This document shows, piece after piece, positions 33,856 through 34,461 of a DNA stretch of 34,461 bases. A program made the translations under genes and the position numbers. Positions within the stretch are counted from its first letter, which is position 1; every line of letters starts with the position of its first letter. The stretch is from the NCBI GenBank assembly GCA_038154165.1, contig JAYOZO010000001.1, positions 22,297-56,757 on the forward strand, read 5' to 3'. The notes beneath the pieces are model-generated. The model was given only the letters and a program-made list of their open reading frames with translations, made no database searches and was not told the origin of the DNA. Source of the stretch: Thiothrix sp. (GTDB taxonomy: Bacteria; Pseudomonadota; Gammaproteobacteria; Poriferisulfidales; GCA-002705445).

Positions 33856-34368
33856 ATGAAAACCAAACAACTATCATTTCAATTCCCTTATAGATCTAAC
33901 GCAGATGGCGTGGTCAAACTAGAGCAATTCCTTAGGCAAAATCTTTTGGAGATAGAAAAGAAATATAACTATGACAAGGATTATAAATGGGAGTTACAAA
34001 AGTTAAAAAGAGACAGAGAGGATAAGGATTACCGCAAAGAGATTTATTATAGAATAAAGGCATATGAAAACCATGTTGCAACACACCCCTTTGATGATGC
34101 CATGCAAAACATAAAACGTTTAGTTGACCAGGCAATTGATGATGCTTTGGATGAAGGAGTTACAAAAAAAAATTATGATAGCGTGATGTCGTTAATAAAA
34201 GAGGAAACCGAAGTGCTTGGGAAGATTCTGGACACACAAGTATACAATGAGGAAACTGGGCATTGGGTGCCATCAGATAATGTATGGTTATACCATTTTA
34301 TTCGCACTCGTCCAGCAATCCCAGAAATTCTCCTGCCCGATGAAAAATCAGAATACCTGAAGATATAA
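33856..34368 (+). CDS. hypothetical protein (charged, probably helical)
   Basis: 170-aa ORF immediately after repeat copy 2. It is rich in K/E/D/Y and has no signal peptide or recognised motif. Confidence 0.55.
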   Translation: MKTKQLSFQFPYRSNADGVVKLEQFLRQNLLEIEKKYNYDKDYKWELQKLKRDREDKDYRKEIYYRIKAYENHVATHPFDDAMQNIKRLVDQAIDDALDEGVTKKNYDSVMSLIKEETEVLGKILDTQVYNEETGHWVPSDNVWLYHFIRTRPAIPEILLPDEKSEYLKI

Positions 34369-34461
34369 TGAAAACAAAACGAATATTTTTTATTTTAGCT
34401 TTAATTTCTTCTAATGTTTTTTCAAGTGATTATATGACCAAAATTATTAAGTGTGACAGTG
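34368..34461 (+). CDS. hypothetical secreted protein, 5' partial (runs off the window)
   Basis: ATG at 34368 overlaps the previous stop (TAATG). My translation MKTKRIFFILALISSNVFSSDYMTKIIKCDS... has a signal-peptide-like N-terminus. Only 31 codons are visible. Confidence 0.4.
   Translation, partial: MKTKRIFFILALISSNVFSSDYMTKIIKCDS

Noticed and set aside
32866-34368. Calling the glmS-distal ORFs foreign purely from GC content
   Set aside because: My hand counts (about 25% for ORF A lines, about 38-43% for ORF B-D lines) overlap the range of native highly expressed genes such as atpD and the porin. Composition alone does not support the call, so it needs proper computation.
32660-34461. Tn7-like transposon at attTn7 downstream of glmS
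   Set aside because: No tnsA/B/C/D-like or other transposase ORF is visible, and there are no arrays of TnsB-type terminal repeats. The duplication is 42 nt rather than 5 bp. An element further downstream cannot be excluded.

Overview
This window is the chromosomal replication-origin region of a very AT-rich Gram-negative bacterium. Gene order matches the Pseudomonas-type gammaproteobacterial ori region. On the minus strand: gyrB-recF-dnaN-dnaA. Diverging from these on the plus strand: rpmH-rnpA-yidD-yidC-mnmE-mnmG-rsmG-parA-parB-atpIBEFHAGDC-glmU-glmS. Every CDS from 4853 to 14480 is on the minus strand and every CDS from 14667 to the window end is on the plus strand. The switch point is the 186-bp dnaA-rpmH spacer, which holds two perfect inverted DnaA boxes. 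Left of the core block are prlC, xthA, an orphan small ParA-like ATPase preceded by three tandem iteron-like repeats, two translationally coupled lipoprotein genes that share a 4-Cys C-terminal module, a porin, an orphan secreted protein, and a 5'-truncated gpmI remnant at the window edge. Two identical parS 16-mers lie inside recF. I found no rRNA, tRNA, CRISPR array, transposase or integrase. The only clearly accessory segment starts at the glmS stop codon. There, a 42-nt imperfect direct repeat with a 16-nt perfect core includes the glmS 3' end and brackets a 1.1-kb cassette of three small ORFs, two of them paralogous CPKC zinc-ribbon proteins. More orphan ORFs follow the second repeat copy. 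This is the best candidate for something undescribed, but I cannot assign it a function from sequence alone. Most of the window is ordinary housekeeping DNA.
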